From Leidyana gryllorum EB-2025a (lineage: Eukaryota > Protista > Apicomplexa), in contig JBLWGC010000204.1 in the NCBI GenBank assembly GCA_048772705.1, positions 111,884-175,883 on the forward strand: DNA of 64,000 bases, written 5' to 3'. A program made the position numbers and the translations under genes. Below are positions 34,919-45,433 of this stretch, piece after piece. Position 1 is the first letter of the stretch, and every line of letters begins with the position of its first letter. The notes beneath the pieces are model-generated. The model was not told where the DNA came from. It searched no databases and worked only from the letters and a program-made list of their open reading frames with translations.

Positions 34919-37900
34919 ATGTGGGATAGTTTGGTCAATCACGCCTCCGAAGTTTATGAAGAAATAGCCGATACTCAGAGAGACACCATCTCTGAGGCTG
35001 TGACACCCAAAGTGGCAACGGCTGAGACTAATGATGTGTCTGAGAGTCAGCAAAAGAGCGCTGATGTTGGTGAGATTGCAGTTGCGACGATCGATCATTC
35101 TGACGCACAACCGAAAGGGGCAGCTTCCTCGATCGACGATTCTAAGGGACAACCGAAAGGGGCAGCTTCCTCGTGTGAAAAACCTGTGGTTCCACTCGGC
35201 CCCCTCTTAAACGACGAAAGAGTCGCGGCTGAGGTGCTGATGGCGCTCAGAACACCTCAACCTCCCCCCTCCACCAGAAGACCCCAACCTCGTCGCTCCG
35301 CCAAGAAGCCGATTCCACATGTTATAAATCTTGTTGAAGCAATCTGGGGAAAGCCCTGGACAAGGAACTTTTGGAAAATCGATCTACAAGAGTGTACGCG
35401 GCCGCCGTGGACTGGGAGTGTTATTGTCGATACTTCTGGAGATCCATCACGGCCAGTTCAAGTTGTTGATTTGGATGGCAAAATTGCCGCTCAAAAAGCA
35501 CGGGAGAGGTTGCTGCAGCAAGAGGTCTCACCCTGTGTCATCTCTTGGAATGAGGAAGACCCGCAGAGGGAGATAGTGGACCTTCCCGTGACACAAAGTG
35601 AGACTGAGGAGGCCGCTGCCGAACTTCCCGAGGCACACTGTGTGACGGATGAGGCCCCCGTCGAACTCTCTGTGACACTAAGTGTGACAGAGGAGGCAAT
35701 GGTGTTGGATGAAGCTGACAAGACAGTGGATGATGAGGCGTCAGTAACGCGATGTGATCCGGAACACTTGGAATTGAGCTATAGAGAGAGCGAGAGGGGA
35801 CGAGGAATATTCCTCAGGGTCAAGCCGATCAACGAAACAGAGACGAACGTTAGTGGCGATCGAGTGGCAAAGCCAACAAAGCAGAAAGCTCTGAAGCGGC
35901 GCAGCTCTGTCTTGGATGTGGATGAAGCTGCAAAGAGGAGTAAAAATCAGCTTTTCATCCTGCTCACTGCTGATCAGGACAAAGAGGTCGCCAAAGGACG
36001 TGTGGGTTGGATGATTCGCGACTCTGAGGAGGTATCACAAACGCCAAAGAGTGTTGAAAATCGCTCGCTTGTGATGGACAATAAGCAGTATTATGCGATG
36101 GTCAGAGAAGGATTGGAGGCGGCCGGCAAACCGAAGAGTTGGGTTAAGTACTTTCATCCTCATTACGCATATGAGTTCCTGTCTCGGCCGAGAACACCCG
36201 ACAATTATTGTCTGTTCGCCCCCCCCTTTGACAAGAGGCCACTGGATGTCTTGCTGCTGGGCGGCAGCTGCTACTGCTCAAATTTTGAACAATTCGTCAA
36301 GACTATCTTTCAGTGGATGGCTCGGAACAGATGTCCGGGAGTGTGGTCAGCGATGGATAATATTTGTCGAGCTGTGGTGGATACCCATCCCGAGCTGCGG
36401 CAATGGCAGCGGGCAATGTGGCAGCTGGACACAGTTCCGTTCAAATTGTCCGATGACAGTATGCCCGAGAGAAAGGAGTGTCTGATCTGGCGATTGGAGC
36501 AGATGGGGATTGATAGCGTCTGGGCCACAAGACTCGCCACTCTCGTACAGCGGCTGCTCATTGAGGCCCGTGCACAAGTGCCAATTAGCATTGAATCAGA
36601 CGTATTTGATCAGGAAGAGATACTCGCGAGCACTTTGGACCAAATCTGGAGATTAGCTCTCCACGCCCACATGCGAAATTATCCTCTCTATCCCTTTCAA
36701 CGGACCGAAAAGTTCTTCTTGGATCAAGTCAGCGACTGTGCAGTGCCTCCTGAGGCCATAGTCCAGCGTGAAGCACCCAACCCGGCAGCCTTCTACAAAA
36801 GAGCGAAAGTTTACTTGCTTTCACCAAGTATGCAAATCAAAACACCCAAAATCGACAGTAACTACGAGATTAAGGAATGTAGAAGAATTGAGGAAGAATT
36901 ATTCGCGCCCAGAGTTCCGGCCACAATCCGAGTGGCGAAACGCTATTTCTATAACTTCCTTCGTCATACTTTCGAGAAATTCGATCTAAAGCTCAGCATC
37001 CTCGGAGAGTTTGAGGATTTCACAATCCACGCCGCTGTCGCAGCAATGAATGAGCTGCACGCTTTCGCGCATTGCTCAAAGGGAGGCAAACTCCTGAGAG
37101 GGTCCGCCTTCATGAAGGGAGGCCGACAGAAAGGCGTTTCACGCCCCAGAGACAATTTCTTTCTCTACCTGTGGCGGACTGTGTGCCAAACGCAGTTTCT
37201 CAAACTGGACCAGCTATTGATTCGCGATGAGGAAGAGGGCGAGGAATGGCGCATTACTCGTATGAAACAGTATTACGAGGGCAATGTTACCAATAAGGTG
37301 ACCCCCCAAAGCGGGGCAGATCCCGAGTCCTCTCAGGAGAACACAGAGGGTGACTCCACTGTGGAGAATGTGGGTCAGCACCAGATAGAAGCCCTTTATA
37401 GCTTGGACCAGGCAATCCCGAGAACTTCCACGGCCTACTGGGACGAGACACGACAAGAGTTGTTATCCGACCCGGATGGGCCGGGCATCGAGGCTCTGAG
37501 CTTCTACTTACCGATCAGTCACCCGATGTTATTACAGAGCAGGTTTTTCGGAAAGGTGAGGGCTGGTCAGTGTCCGACAATGTGGCTGAGGCCGGACTTC
37601 TCTCCACTGTTCTTTGAGATCGACCCCGACACGAAGAACCCCAGCTGTGATCTGGCGTGCTTGAGGTTCTTGCGAACCCCACTCGTACTAGACAGTATTC
37701 CGGAGGTGGGCTTGCATATGCTAACGTCAGACTCTGCCGTCGTACTCGAGACACCAATCGACGTTCTGAAGAAACAGGTGCACAACCTGATGTGGCGGAT
37801 GCGTCGTTGGGGGTTGGCCGATCCGATGCCAGAGAGGCTCGCGAAGATGGTAATTAGGGCTCTGCAGGAGCTGCGCGAGGACAGGCCACGAGTCGTTCCG

Positions 37901-38575
37901 ACCCGTGAGACCGACGGGGAGACTATCTATGATCGAAAGTGGAACCAATGGTTTTATACTTATATCTTCAAATGTTGTTTCAATCACGCGTCTCGCCACC
38001 AAGCTGAAGTCATCGATGACCAGGTTTGGGAAAAGTTCCTGGAGCAGTTTGGGTACACCCCCACAGAGCTCGAGAGCAATCCGCCAAAGCAAATCTCTCA
38101 CAAGCGAGTGATTAAGGCCAAAGCTTATGTGCCGTTGAAGAGTCTCACTGAGGACTTTCCCGCCCTCAATTCGCTCATCAGCACCGAGAACATCCCAGAG
38201 AAATTCGATATGTTGTTTTTGGAGAAGTTTCATCAGATCCTCCTGGACGGCCTGCCGCGCTATAAGCGAAAAATCCAAAAGACAAGCACGAAATTGCCAG
38301 TTGGCATAATGACTGCTATCTTGGGGCGCCCAATACTGGAAGGAATGATCATTTTGAACCACATCACAGTCACTTTGGAGGGCAAACCGCTCTTCACATA
38401 CTACCCAAAGTCAAGACTGTATCATAGAGTGTGCGACCGGGAGAAGCAAACTGACGATCTGATGGGCATCAGCGACGTGCAAACTCAGACCAACAATCCT
38501 GACGAACCCATGGAAATCGGCCAGTCTGAATGTGCAAAGCAACCTATGGCTTCCCAATATAGCAATGAAAGTTAA
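34919..38575 (+). CDS. Lineage-specific family A member 1; intronless, about 1220 aa
   Basis: Long ORF carrying the shared domain VVLETP....KQ...L.WRM...RVVP...Y...W. Confidence 0.8.
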   Translation: MWDSLVNHASEVYEEIADTQRDTISEAVTPKVATAETNDVSESQQKSADVGEIAVATIDHSDAQPKGAASSIDDSKGQPKGAASSCEKPVVPLGPLLNDERVAAEVLMALRTPQPPPSTRRPQPRRSAKKPIPHVINLVEAIWGKPWTRNFWKIDLQECTRPPWTGSVIVDTSGDPSRPVQVVDLDGKIAAQKARERLLQQEVSPCVISWNEEDPQREIVDLPVTQSETEEAAAELPEAHCVTDEAPVELSVTLSVTEEAMVLDEADKTVDDEASVTRCDPEHLELSYRESERGRGIFLRVKPINETETNVSGDRVAKPTKQKALKRRSSVLDVDEAAKRSKNQLFILLTADQDKEVAKGRVGWMIRDSEEVSQTPKSVENRSLVMDNKQYYAMVREGLEAAGKPKSWVKYFHPHYAYEFLSRPRTPDNYCLFAPPFDKRPLDVLLLGGSCYCSNFEQFVKTIFQWMARNRCPGVWSAMDNICRAVVDTHPELRQWQRAMWQLDTVPFKLSDDSMPERKECLIWRLEQMGIDSVWATRLATLVQRLLIEARAQVPISIESDVFDQEEILASTLDQIWRLALHAHMRNYPLYPFQRTEKFFLDQVSDCAVPPEAIVQREAPNPAAFYKRAKVYLLSPSMQIKTPKIDSNYEIKECRRIEEELFAPRVPATIRVAKRYFYNFLRHTFEKFDLKLSILGEFEDFTIHAAVAAMNELHAFAHCSKGGKLLRGSAFMKGGRQKGVSRPRDNFFLYLWRTVCQTQFLKLDQLLIRDEEEGEEWRITRMKQYYEGNVTNKVTPQSGADPESSQENTEGDSTVENVGQHQIEALYSLDQAIPRTSTAYWDETRQELLSDPDGPGIEALSFYLPISHPMLLQSRFFGKVRAGQCPTMWLRPDFSPLFFEIDPDTKNPSCDLACLRFLRTPLVLDSIPEVGLHMLTSDSAVVLETPIDVLKKQVHNLMWRMRRWGLADPMPERLAKMVIRALQELREDRPRVVPTRETDGETIYDRKWNQWFYTYIFKCCFNHASRHQAEVIDDQVWEKFLEQFGYTPTELESNPPKQISHKRVIKAKAYVPLKSLTEDFPALNSLISTENIPEKFDMLFLEKFHQILLDGLPRYKRKIQKTSTKLPVGIMTAILGRPILEGMIILNHITVTLEGKPLFTYYPKSRLYHRVCDREKQTDDLMGISDVQTQTNNPDEPMEIGQSECAKQPMASQYSNES

Positions 38576-38892
38576 CTCCCAATCACACATTAAGACTCAA
38601 TCGCACCTCGAAAGTCTTGAATCTCGCGAAAGTTGAAAACCAGTTTTCCCCTCCCAGTGATTTTGTCCGCCTCAACCGCAATACGATAACAGATCACCCG
38701 CTCGGAATGAGCAAAAAGATAAACATCTCAAAAGGAGTGGATTGTCCCCCACAAAAGTCTTATGGGAAGGCTGAGGGGGACGTGGAGGACAGCTGACCAC
38801 ACGCAGCATAAAGGTGTAGGTCTGTTGAGAGCGGTTGTTGGCTGTGCGCTCCTCCCCGACTGCCTGTCAGTTACCGACGAAATGAGAAATCA

Positions 38893-40517
38893 ATGCAACT
38901 CGGGCCCTCCCCTCCACTTTTAGAACAACCTGATTTTGGTAACACTTCTGAAGTACCCCTCATCACGGTCAAAAGCGAAATCCTCTCGCCAGACAGCTCG
39001 CCAATTCATTTCAACGATGTCGCCCTCTCGGCCGACATTTGGGAGTTGGCCGAACCCGGCCTTTCTCCGCCTCCAGAAGATTTGGCAAAGATGCTGGAAG
39101 ACTTTTGTACAGAGGCGTTGGAGAACGCCTTGATACTCGACAACGCCACGTTGGGGCCATGTAGGCGACCGACACAGGGCTCAACATCGCCGTCCAGCCA
39201 CTCTGGTTGCTGGGACGCACCTCAGCTTGGAAGAAAGACCACAAGACACTCTTACACCCCAATACCAGTACAACGAGAGAAAGCAATCGAAGCTCTCTTC
39301 GCCACCCTCGCCCCGTTTCTGTGGGAGCCAATTCCGAGTGTCCCTCGGACGACACCAAAGAAGGAATCTCCGCCCAATGGGAAGAGTCCGTCACCAAGAT
39401 GGGAGAAGTCAGGAGCAGAAGGCCATCAGACAGGCGCATTCGGCCGGACGGAGTGCCTGAATTATCGACGAGAAGCGGGCTAACTTATGACGAGAAATTC
39501 ACAGGACTTTACAAGCGGTGGTGGGAGCACTGCAAATAAATGCTTTGGTATTATGGCGGCAGCCCTGATTGGGTGCGGTTCTGTGCTCCTCTTTCCGGGA
39601 TCCGACCCTTTCGCTATGCGGCCATATCGGCCGCGAAGGCTTTGAAAGTGAAGATTGAGTTGGAGAAAGTGGTTAAGGAGTTGGTGCGAGACCCCTTGAA
39701 GAATCGCGTTCAAGGACTAACCGCAGGTCCGTCGTTGTCCGAGCCGACAGCAAGTGTGGTGGATGATATCACCGCTGACACTGTGCTCGAGTATGACGTA
39801 CAACGGCGCAGAAATCGACTGTTACTCGTTCTCCATACACCCGAGCCAGTCTTGAGAGAGCAACTGGAGTGTCTCCGAACTCGATTGATGTGGTGCGGAT
39901 TGCCAGCAAGGAAGGCTTCAGATTGGGTAGATATGGTGGAGAAGTCGCTGAGACGGCTTCGGAGGGGTCAGGCTCGGGTCATTCCGTGCGAAGATATGTA
40001 TCAGTTAGCATGGAGGAGATTCTTCTTGGAGTATCAGCTGATGCATCGAGCCTCCTGTCAGCCCCAAACGTGGGAGCTAATTCTCTCGTCCAAGTTTTGG
40101 CAAAGCTGTATGAAGAAGATTGGGCTGGAGCCTTGTGGCCCTATGGAAGTGACTGTACAGGTGCCTTTAACACTGATTATGAACACATTCCCCTCCTTGC
40201 ACTCAATGCTCACCGAAGGAGGAGGGAAAACCATATTCCTGGAACCCTTCAGTGCTGCATTGGAATCGAGTTTGAACGCGTATGTCGCGATCGGGAAGGA
40301 TCGACAGGCTCTCAAGAGCCCCTTTCTAACCCAGCCGGCAGCCAAGCTGTTGCACGACCAGCGGGCGTGCCTCCAACGCCTGACACTCCGTCGGATGGAG
40401 GTCACCGACGACGATTACAATGTGCTGATTGCCTATGGTTGCATGGCAAGCTGGGACACTCTCGCTCCTTTTATCTCGCTGGCAGCCTGGGAAGAGATCG
40501 ACGATTGTGGGGGCTGA
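38893..40517 (+). pseudogene. Family A member 2; frameshift plus in-frame TAA at 39537-39539
   Basis: Spread over three ORFs; WWEHCK*MLWYY is contiguous; domain LVLHTPEPVLREQL...GQARVIPCEDMY. Confidence 0.65.
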
Positions 40518-40559
40518 GTCCGTTTCTCGAGAAGCGTTCTCTGAGAAAAAGGAGGACTT

Positions 40560-41841
40560 CATCAGAACTTACTCCAATGGAGCAGGAGCAGTTGTGCAGG
40601 CACGCTGGCCGGTGACTGGCGAGGCGACCGATGATATTATCACCATCGAGACGGGAGAATGGTCTTCTTCCCCTATTAGTACTGTAATAATTGAGAAGAA
40701 CGGGGAGGAAGTTGAAGAGAGCCCCAGTTTGTGGGCCGATCACTGCGTGAAGTGGTGGCAGGATTTGAGAGAGAAAGAAGGATTGGAGCCGTTACTTCCT
40801 GCCTTTGCATGTGATGAGTGAAACTCCTCCGGACATCCCTTTCGAGGCATTGAAATGGCAGCAGATGTGGCTGACTAAGAGCATTGGGTTGTTGCAAGAG
40901 CCCTTCTGCATTAGCGACTCTCTCGAAGCGACTTGGGCGAGGCTCATGACCGACACACTTGGCGACCTCAGCGGGGGTAACGCCAATGACTCTGAACGGA
41001 TTGTGTTGCATACCCCGAATAGAGATTTTGAAGAACAGCTCAAATGGTTGTTGTACAGATGGTCTCTGGTTGTGAAAGATCAGGGCCGAGCCGAGAGAGA
41101 CGTTGAGACTGTGAGGGAGCAGTTGGAGAGACTTCGCCAGACAGAAGCTCGTGTGGTGCCCTTAGAGGACATTTACAGTCCGAAATGGCGAGGCTGGTTA
41201 CTACACTTCAATCTTTCAAACAGCTGGCCGGAATGACTTTAGATCTGAGACAACAGCTGCTTAACAGCGGTCCGTGGCGGAGTTTCCTGCACCGTGGTGG
41301 ATTCGAGGGTGCTGATCGTATTTTACCAGTCTCCATCTTATTACCCCTTCGTCGACTGCTCCGTCAATGGCCAGAACTGCAAAGACACCTGATCTATCAG
41401 AGCGGAACTTTCGGGTGCCAGAAAAGCTTTCACAGGGGGTTTACACGTTGTTTGAATCACCAGAAGGGCGGTGAAACCACAAACTCAACCCATCTGAGAG
41501 CTGGCCTACTCGAACTGATGCGCAGTCCAAATATGTGTAGCCCACATATCTCTGTGAAACACGTGTATATGGCGAGTAGTAATTACGAGCCTTATTTTGA
41601 GGTTGAGTTGGATACTGTGCCGAGCTTTGTGACGGAGACAGAGTCAAAAATGGGTATCGATGAATATTTAAGCAGCTTGAACGCCCTTTCAGAAGGGTCA
41701 TCGGGCACAATGTCCCAAAAACCATCAGAAATTTGGTCCGTCCAGGCCCTAACTCTCGATGAGGGTATGCAACATCGTCAACAGGAGTGCGACAAAGTCG
41801 CGTCGGACATTGAAGAGAAGCGTTGTTTACACTTTCGTTAG
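40560..41841 (+). pseudogene. Family A member 3; frameshifts near 40815 and 41215
   Basis: IVLHTP...EQL...EARVVPLEDIYSPKW continues in another frame as LLNSGPWRSFLHRGGFEG, colinear with member 4. Confidence 0.65.
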
Positions 41842-41938
41842 TTCCATACCCTCCAGTATCTTCCCGAGTTACAATGGTAAGCAAACCGAAATAGGCCATG
41901 TTACCTGGAGTGAGATTGAGACGAGGAGCTCGCAGTTA

Positions 41939-43880
41939 CATGATGGCACCAACAAACATAGTTCAGCATACTTCCCTCTCAGATTCAACAGCCGCTCTGG
42001 AGGACGAAAGAGGGACCAGTCTCAAGAGGAATCAGTCTGTACTGTTCGAGAGTGGAGCTAAGGAGGATGACAAGAAGAAGAGAATTCGAAGAAGCGATGA
42101 AGAGTCAGCAGACCTCTCCTCTGAAGTGAGGCTGACTGACCACTTCCTCAACGAGATTCTTTCCGAGCTCACAGCGAACGGTGACGAAGTGACGGCTGAG
42201 CCAGACGTGAATGTGAGCAGTGGAGAGACAGATGATATGTCAGCTTGGATCAATGAGCTACTTTTCGGAAGCGACCAGCCTTCCACGTCTCAGCAGATAG
42301 ATTTGACTTCGTTCTTAGAGTTGGACGAGCTTTTTGCGTTCCCTCCAAGTGACCTGAGCGCCGTCTGGGAGGGCAAGGAGCCTCGCACGTTTCAGCAGGG
42401 GGATTTGAGTGCCGTCCCAGAGGGAGAGCCTTGCACGTTTCAGCAGAGGGAATGGAGTGCCGCCCCAGAGGGAGAGCCTCGCACGTTTCAGCAGGGGCAT
42501 TCGAGTGCCGCCCCAGAGGAGAGGCCTTGTACGTTCCAGCAGAAGGATTCGAGCGCCTTCTGGGAGGGCGAGGAGCCTTGCACGTCCCAGCAGAGGGAAT
42601 GGAGTGCCGCCCCGGAGGAGAGGCCTTGTACGTTCCAGCAGAAGGATTCGAGCGCCTTCTGGGAGGGCGAGGAGCCTTGCACGTCCCAGCAGAGGGAATG
42701 GAGTGCCGCCCCGGAGGAGAGGCCTTGTACGTTCCAGCAGGGGGCTGTGAGCGCCGTCTGGGAGGGCGAGGAGCCTTGTACGTTTCAGCAGAGGGATTTG
42801 AGCGCCTTCCGGGAGGGCGAGGAGCCTTGCACGTCCCAGCAGAGGGAATGGAGTGCCGCCCCGGAGGAGAGGCCTTGTATGTTTCAGCAGAGGGATTTGA
42901 GCGCCTTCCGGGAGGGCGAGGAGCCTTGCACGTCCCAGCAGAAAGATTCGAGTGCCGCCCCAGAGGAGAAGCCGCTCACATATGCACAGATCGTCGCAGA
43001 GGCGCTCGATGGGTTTGTGGAAGAAGCTGCAGGCCGCAATAGAAATTTGTTCCCGCACTTCCCTACACACATCTTTGGCAGCTTCCATGCAGATAGGCCA
43101 CTGCGCTCGGAGGCTGACTGCGCAAAAGCTCTTTTGAAGTTGGAGAGGCGGCTTCTGCTTAGTGCAGACACTGATGGTGGACTTAACATGCAAGATCCCC
43201 GCTCCGAGCTGTATGAATGGTACTTCCAAGAGGGGTTGGCTTTGGTGGGAGGAACTCTTGTCCTGCATACCAGCCCCGCGCAGCAGCGGAAGCAGATCGC
43301 GGACTTAGCAAAAGCCATGACGAGACTCCAGTACAGCGATGTGATGAATGAGATCAGAGGACTCAGCAGTCGTCTGGCAACGGCTCGTCAGGGCCAGGCC
43401 CGGGTCGTGCCGCTTGAAGACATTTTCAGCCCTGCGATGCGTGGATGGCGGGCCACTCATTGTTTGTTCAATGGCAGTCGGCAACGTCCTAAGCGAGGAG
43501 CGATTCTGGCCAAGTCGACTGCGTGGAAGGATCTGTTGCAGCGCTTCGGGTTTGAAGGCGGGAACCGCACGGTCCTTGCCGATGTTCAGATCCCACTCCG
43601 ACTGGCCTTAGACAAGTGGCCGAAACTCTCAAAGGCCCTCAGGCGTGTGGAGGACCAAGTCATTCCACTCCCACACTTTGCCAGTAGCTTTACAAACGAA
43701 GTGGCAAATTGCTATTCACGCCAGTTGGCGACCCGGTCAAGGGGACTATACCACGGAGTGATCAGCTTTCTGTACCACGGGGAAAGTATTTTCAGTCGTT
43801 TGCACCTCAACAAGGTGGTGTTTACAACTGCAGACTATGTTGAGCTGTTCCACTTGAATACAATAAGGACCGGGACTTAG
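41939..43880 (+). CDS. Family A member 4 with internal tandem repeat
   Basis: LVLHTSPAQQRKQI...GQARVVPLEDIFSPAMRGW...RFGFEG. Confidence 0.8.
42348..42974 (+). repeat. Coding minisatellite, about 12.5 units of 48/51 nt (xxxSAxxEGEEPCTxQQ)
   Basis: Directly visible; units alternate between 16 and 17 aa. Confidence 0.92.
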
Positions 43881-43939
43881 CCAAACCGACATTTTGATTT
43901 CGGGTCACCAATACTCATTGATGCGCCAAAACGCTTTCC

Positions 43940-44126
43940 CAAACTGGTCATAATTCTGACATGTGTGTGGCGCTCTCGCAATAAGCGTAGAGTTGCGCAC
44001 TGTCGAACGAGCCCTTCTTCACCACTAACCGGTGACCGGTTGTACTGGCTGCTCATTGAGTGAATCGTCCTCCAAGTTCACGGTTGTGTGATCCGCTATG
44101 CTTTTCAAACCGTTCCTTGCCATCAT
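43940..44126 (-). pseudogene. Decayed remnant MMARNGLKS..., homologous to 59919-60173
   Basis: MARNGLKS..TVNLEDD..EQPVQ versus MARDGLRS..SVDLPAD..NQPVQ; frameshift at PVHR. Confidence 0.55.
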
Positions 44127-44140
44127 TTATTCCTGAATTC

Positions 44141-44206
44141 AGTCACATCTGATTGTGCCGAGCACACGTGCGTGTGTGCAAGCCGGTGTCTCCGTGTGAG
44201 CCGGCT
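44141..44206 (-). promoter_or_regulatory. Conserved upstream element, shared with 60193-60261
   Basis: gtgccRagcacaSgtgcgtgtKtg...ccggtgtctccgtgtKag.ccgg lies a similar distance 5' of both homologous ATGs. Confidence 0.55.
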
Positions 44207-45433
44207 CCAATCCACCAGGTGAAATAGTACCAGCACAACAATAACAGATGAAGTCACAAAAGTGGGGTTCGTCATCATAGGGCTTTATAACCGCAAGAGT
44301 TCCGGTCGCACTGTGGTTTAACGTATCAACCACTCTTCTTCATCAGCGTGTGGATGCTGAGACAACGACAGTTGTGCTGTCCTCCTAGTGTCACAAGTAG
44401 AAGCAGAATCAGTATCTGATGGGAGCGAGACAGCGCACAGCAAATGACATTATCTCCCTCGATATGTAAGGACGGGGGGCCGGATAGTCTTTATTGCTCC
44501 GCGGGTTCCATCTGGGCTGTACTTGGCTATGGATGACCAGTTCTAATCACCACCCATTTCGACGATGGAAGAAGGCGGCAAAGGAAGTCGTGCAGAGAAT
44601 CTCGGGTTTTGAACTTTGGCTCTGAATCTGCTGGAGTGCCCAGGACGGATACTATCGGGATATCCCGTTCGTGGGGTGCATCCTGAATGCTTCCATTGGA
44701 TTACGAAGGAGTTCTCTCTGATCGTGAATTCAGTTCGTCGCTCCGGCCGCCTCGATGGCACAGCCGCATCCATTTGTAACGAAACAGTCTCAGCACCTAC
44801 TGGGGTGAGTACGGGAAAGCGAAACGGCTCACAAACGCTTTCAAGGCAGAGCTAGAAGCATTTCGGTGGCAAGCGTCTCCCATCAAAGTGTTGAAGTAAT
44901 ATATGGGATGAATCACTCTCCAAGCGAGAAGCCAATTGGGTGTGGAGCTTGCAATTGGACAGTCACCACTCGGCTATTCCTCACTCGCAAACAGCTGTTT
45001 GCCACAATCTTGATGATAGAGATCACTCCCAGTTGGTGGGTGGGATCTGTGCTGAGTTTGGGCCGACATAGATCAAGTATAATTCTGGGAAGGATCATCC
45101 ACGAGTGAACCCCTCATGGGAATGGAGAATTCTGGAAGCTCACTGTCCCAGAAAGTGGACCAGACGAGACCCTCACGCCGGGATCCTATTCGTCTCGGGG
45201 ACTCGTAACATTTGGACCGTGAGATCAAGTGTTGTGGAAAGACTTTATAATTACTGAGTATTGTATTCAATCAGTTCACTCGCGAGCTCGCCGGCCTTTG
45301 TGGTGGAGACACGACGATTGGCCCACACAATTTCCAAAGTCGCTGATAGTGGCACCCCAAACTCATCTAATGAATCGCTGCGGAGAGGCATTGGTTAGTT
45401 GGGATTCCCGTTCTCGGTACGACGCACTGATTC

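Noticed and set aside
39537-39539. In-frame TAA as evidence of stop-codon reassignment
   Set aside because: Conserved genes here end at standard stops and lack internal ones, and the same gene also has a frameshift.
42315-43268. Long antisense or alternate-frame ORFs over repeats and over GLDC, the GMC genes and PRP28
   Set aside because: These are shadow ORFs caused by repeats and GC-rich codon usage.
44540-45430. Possible decayed extra family A copy (QDGYYRDIPF resembles QDDDCRDIRW)
   Set aside because: The similarity is too short to support without an alignment.
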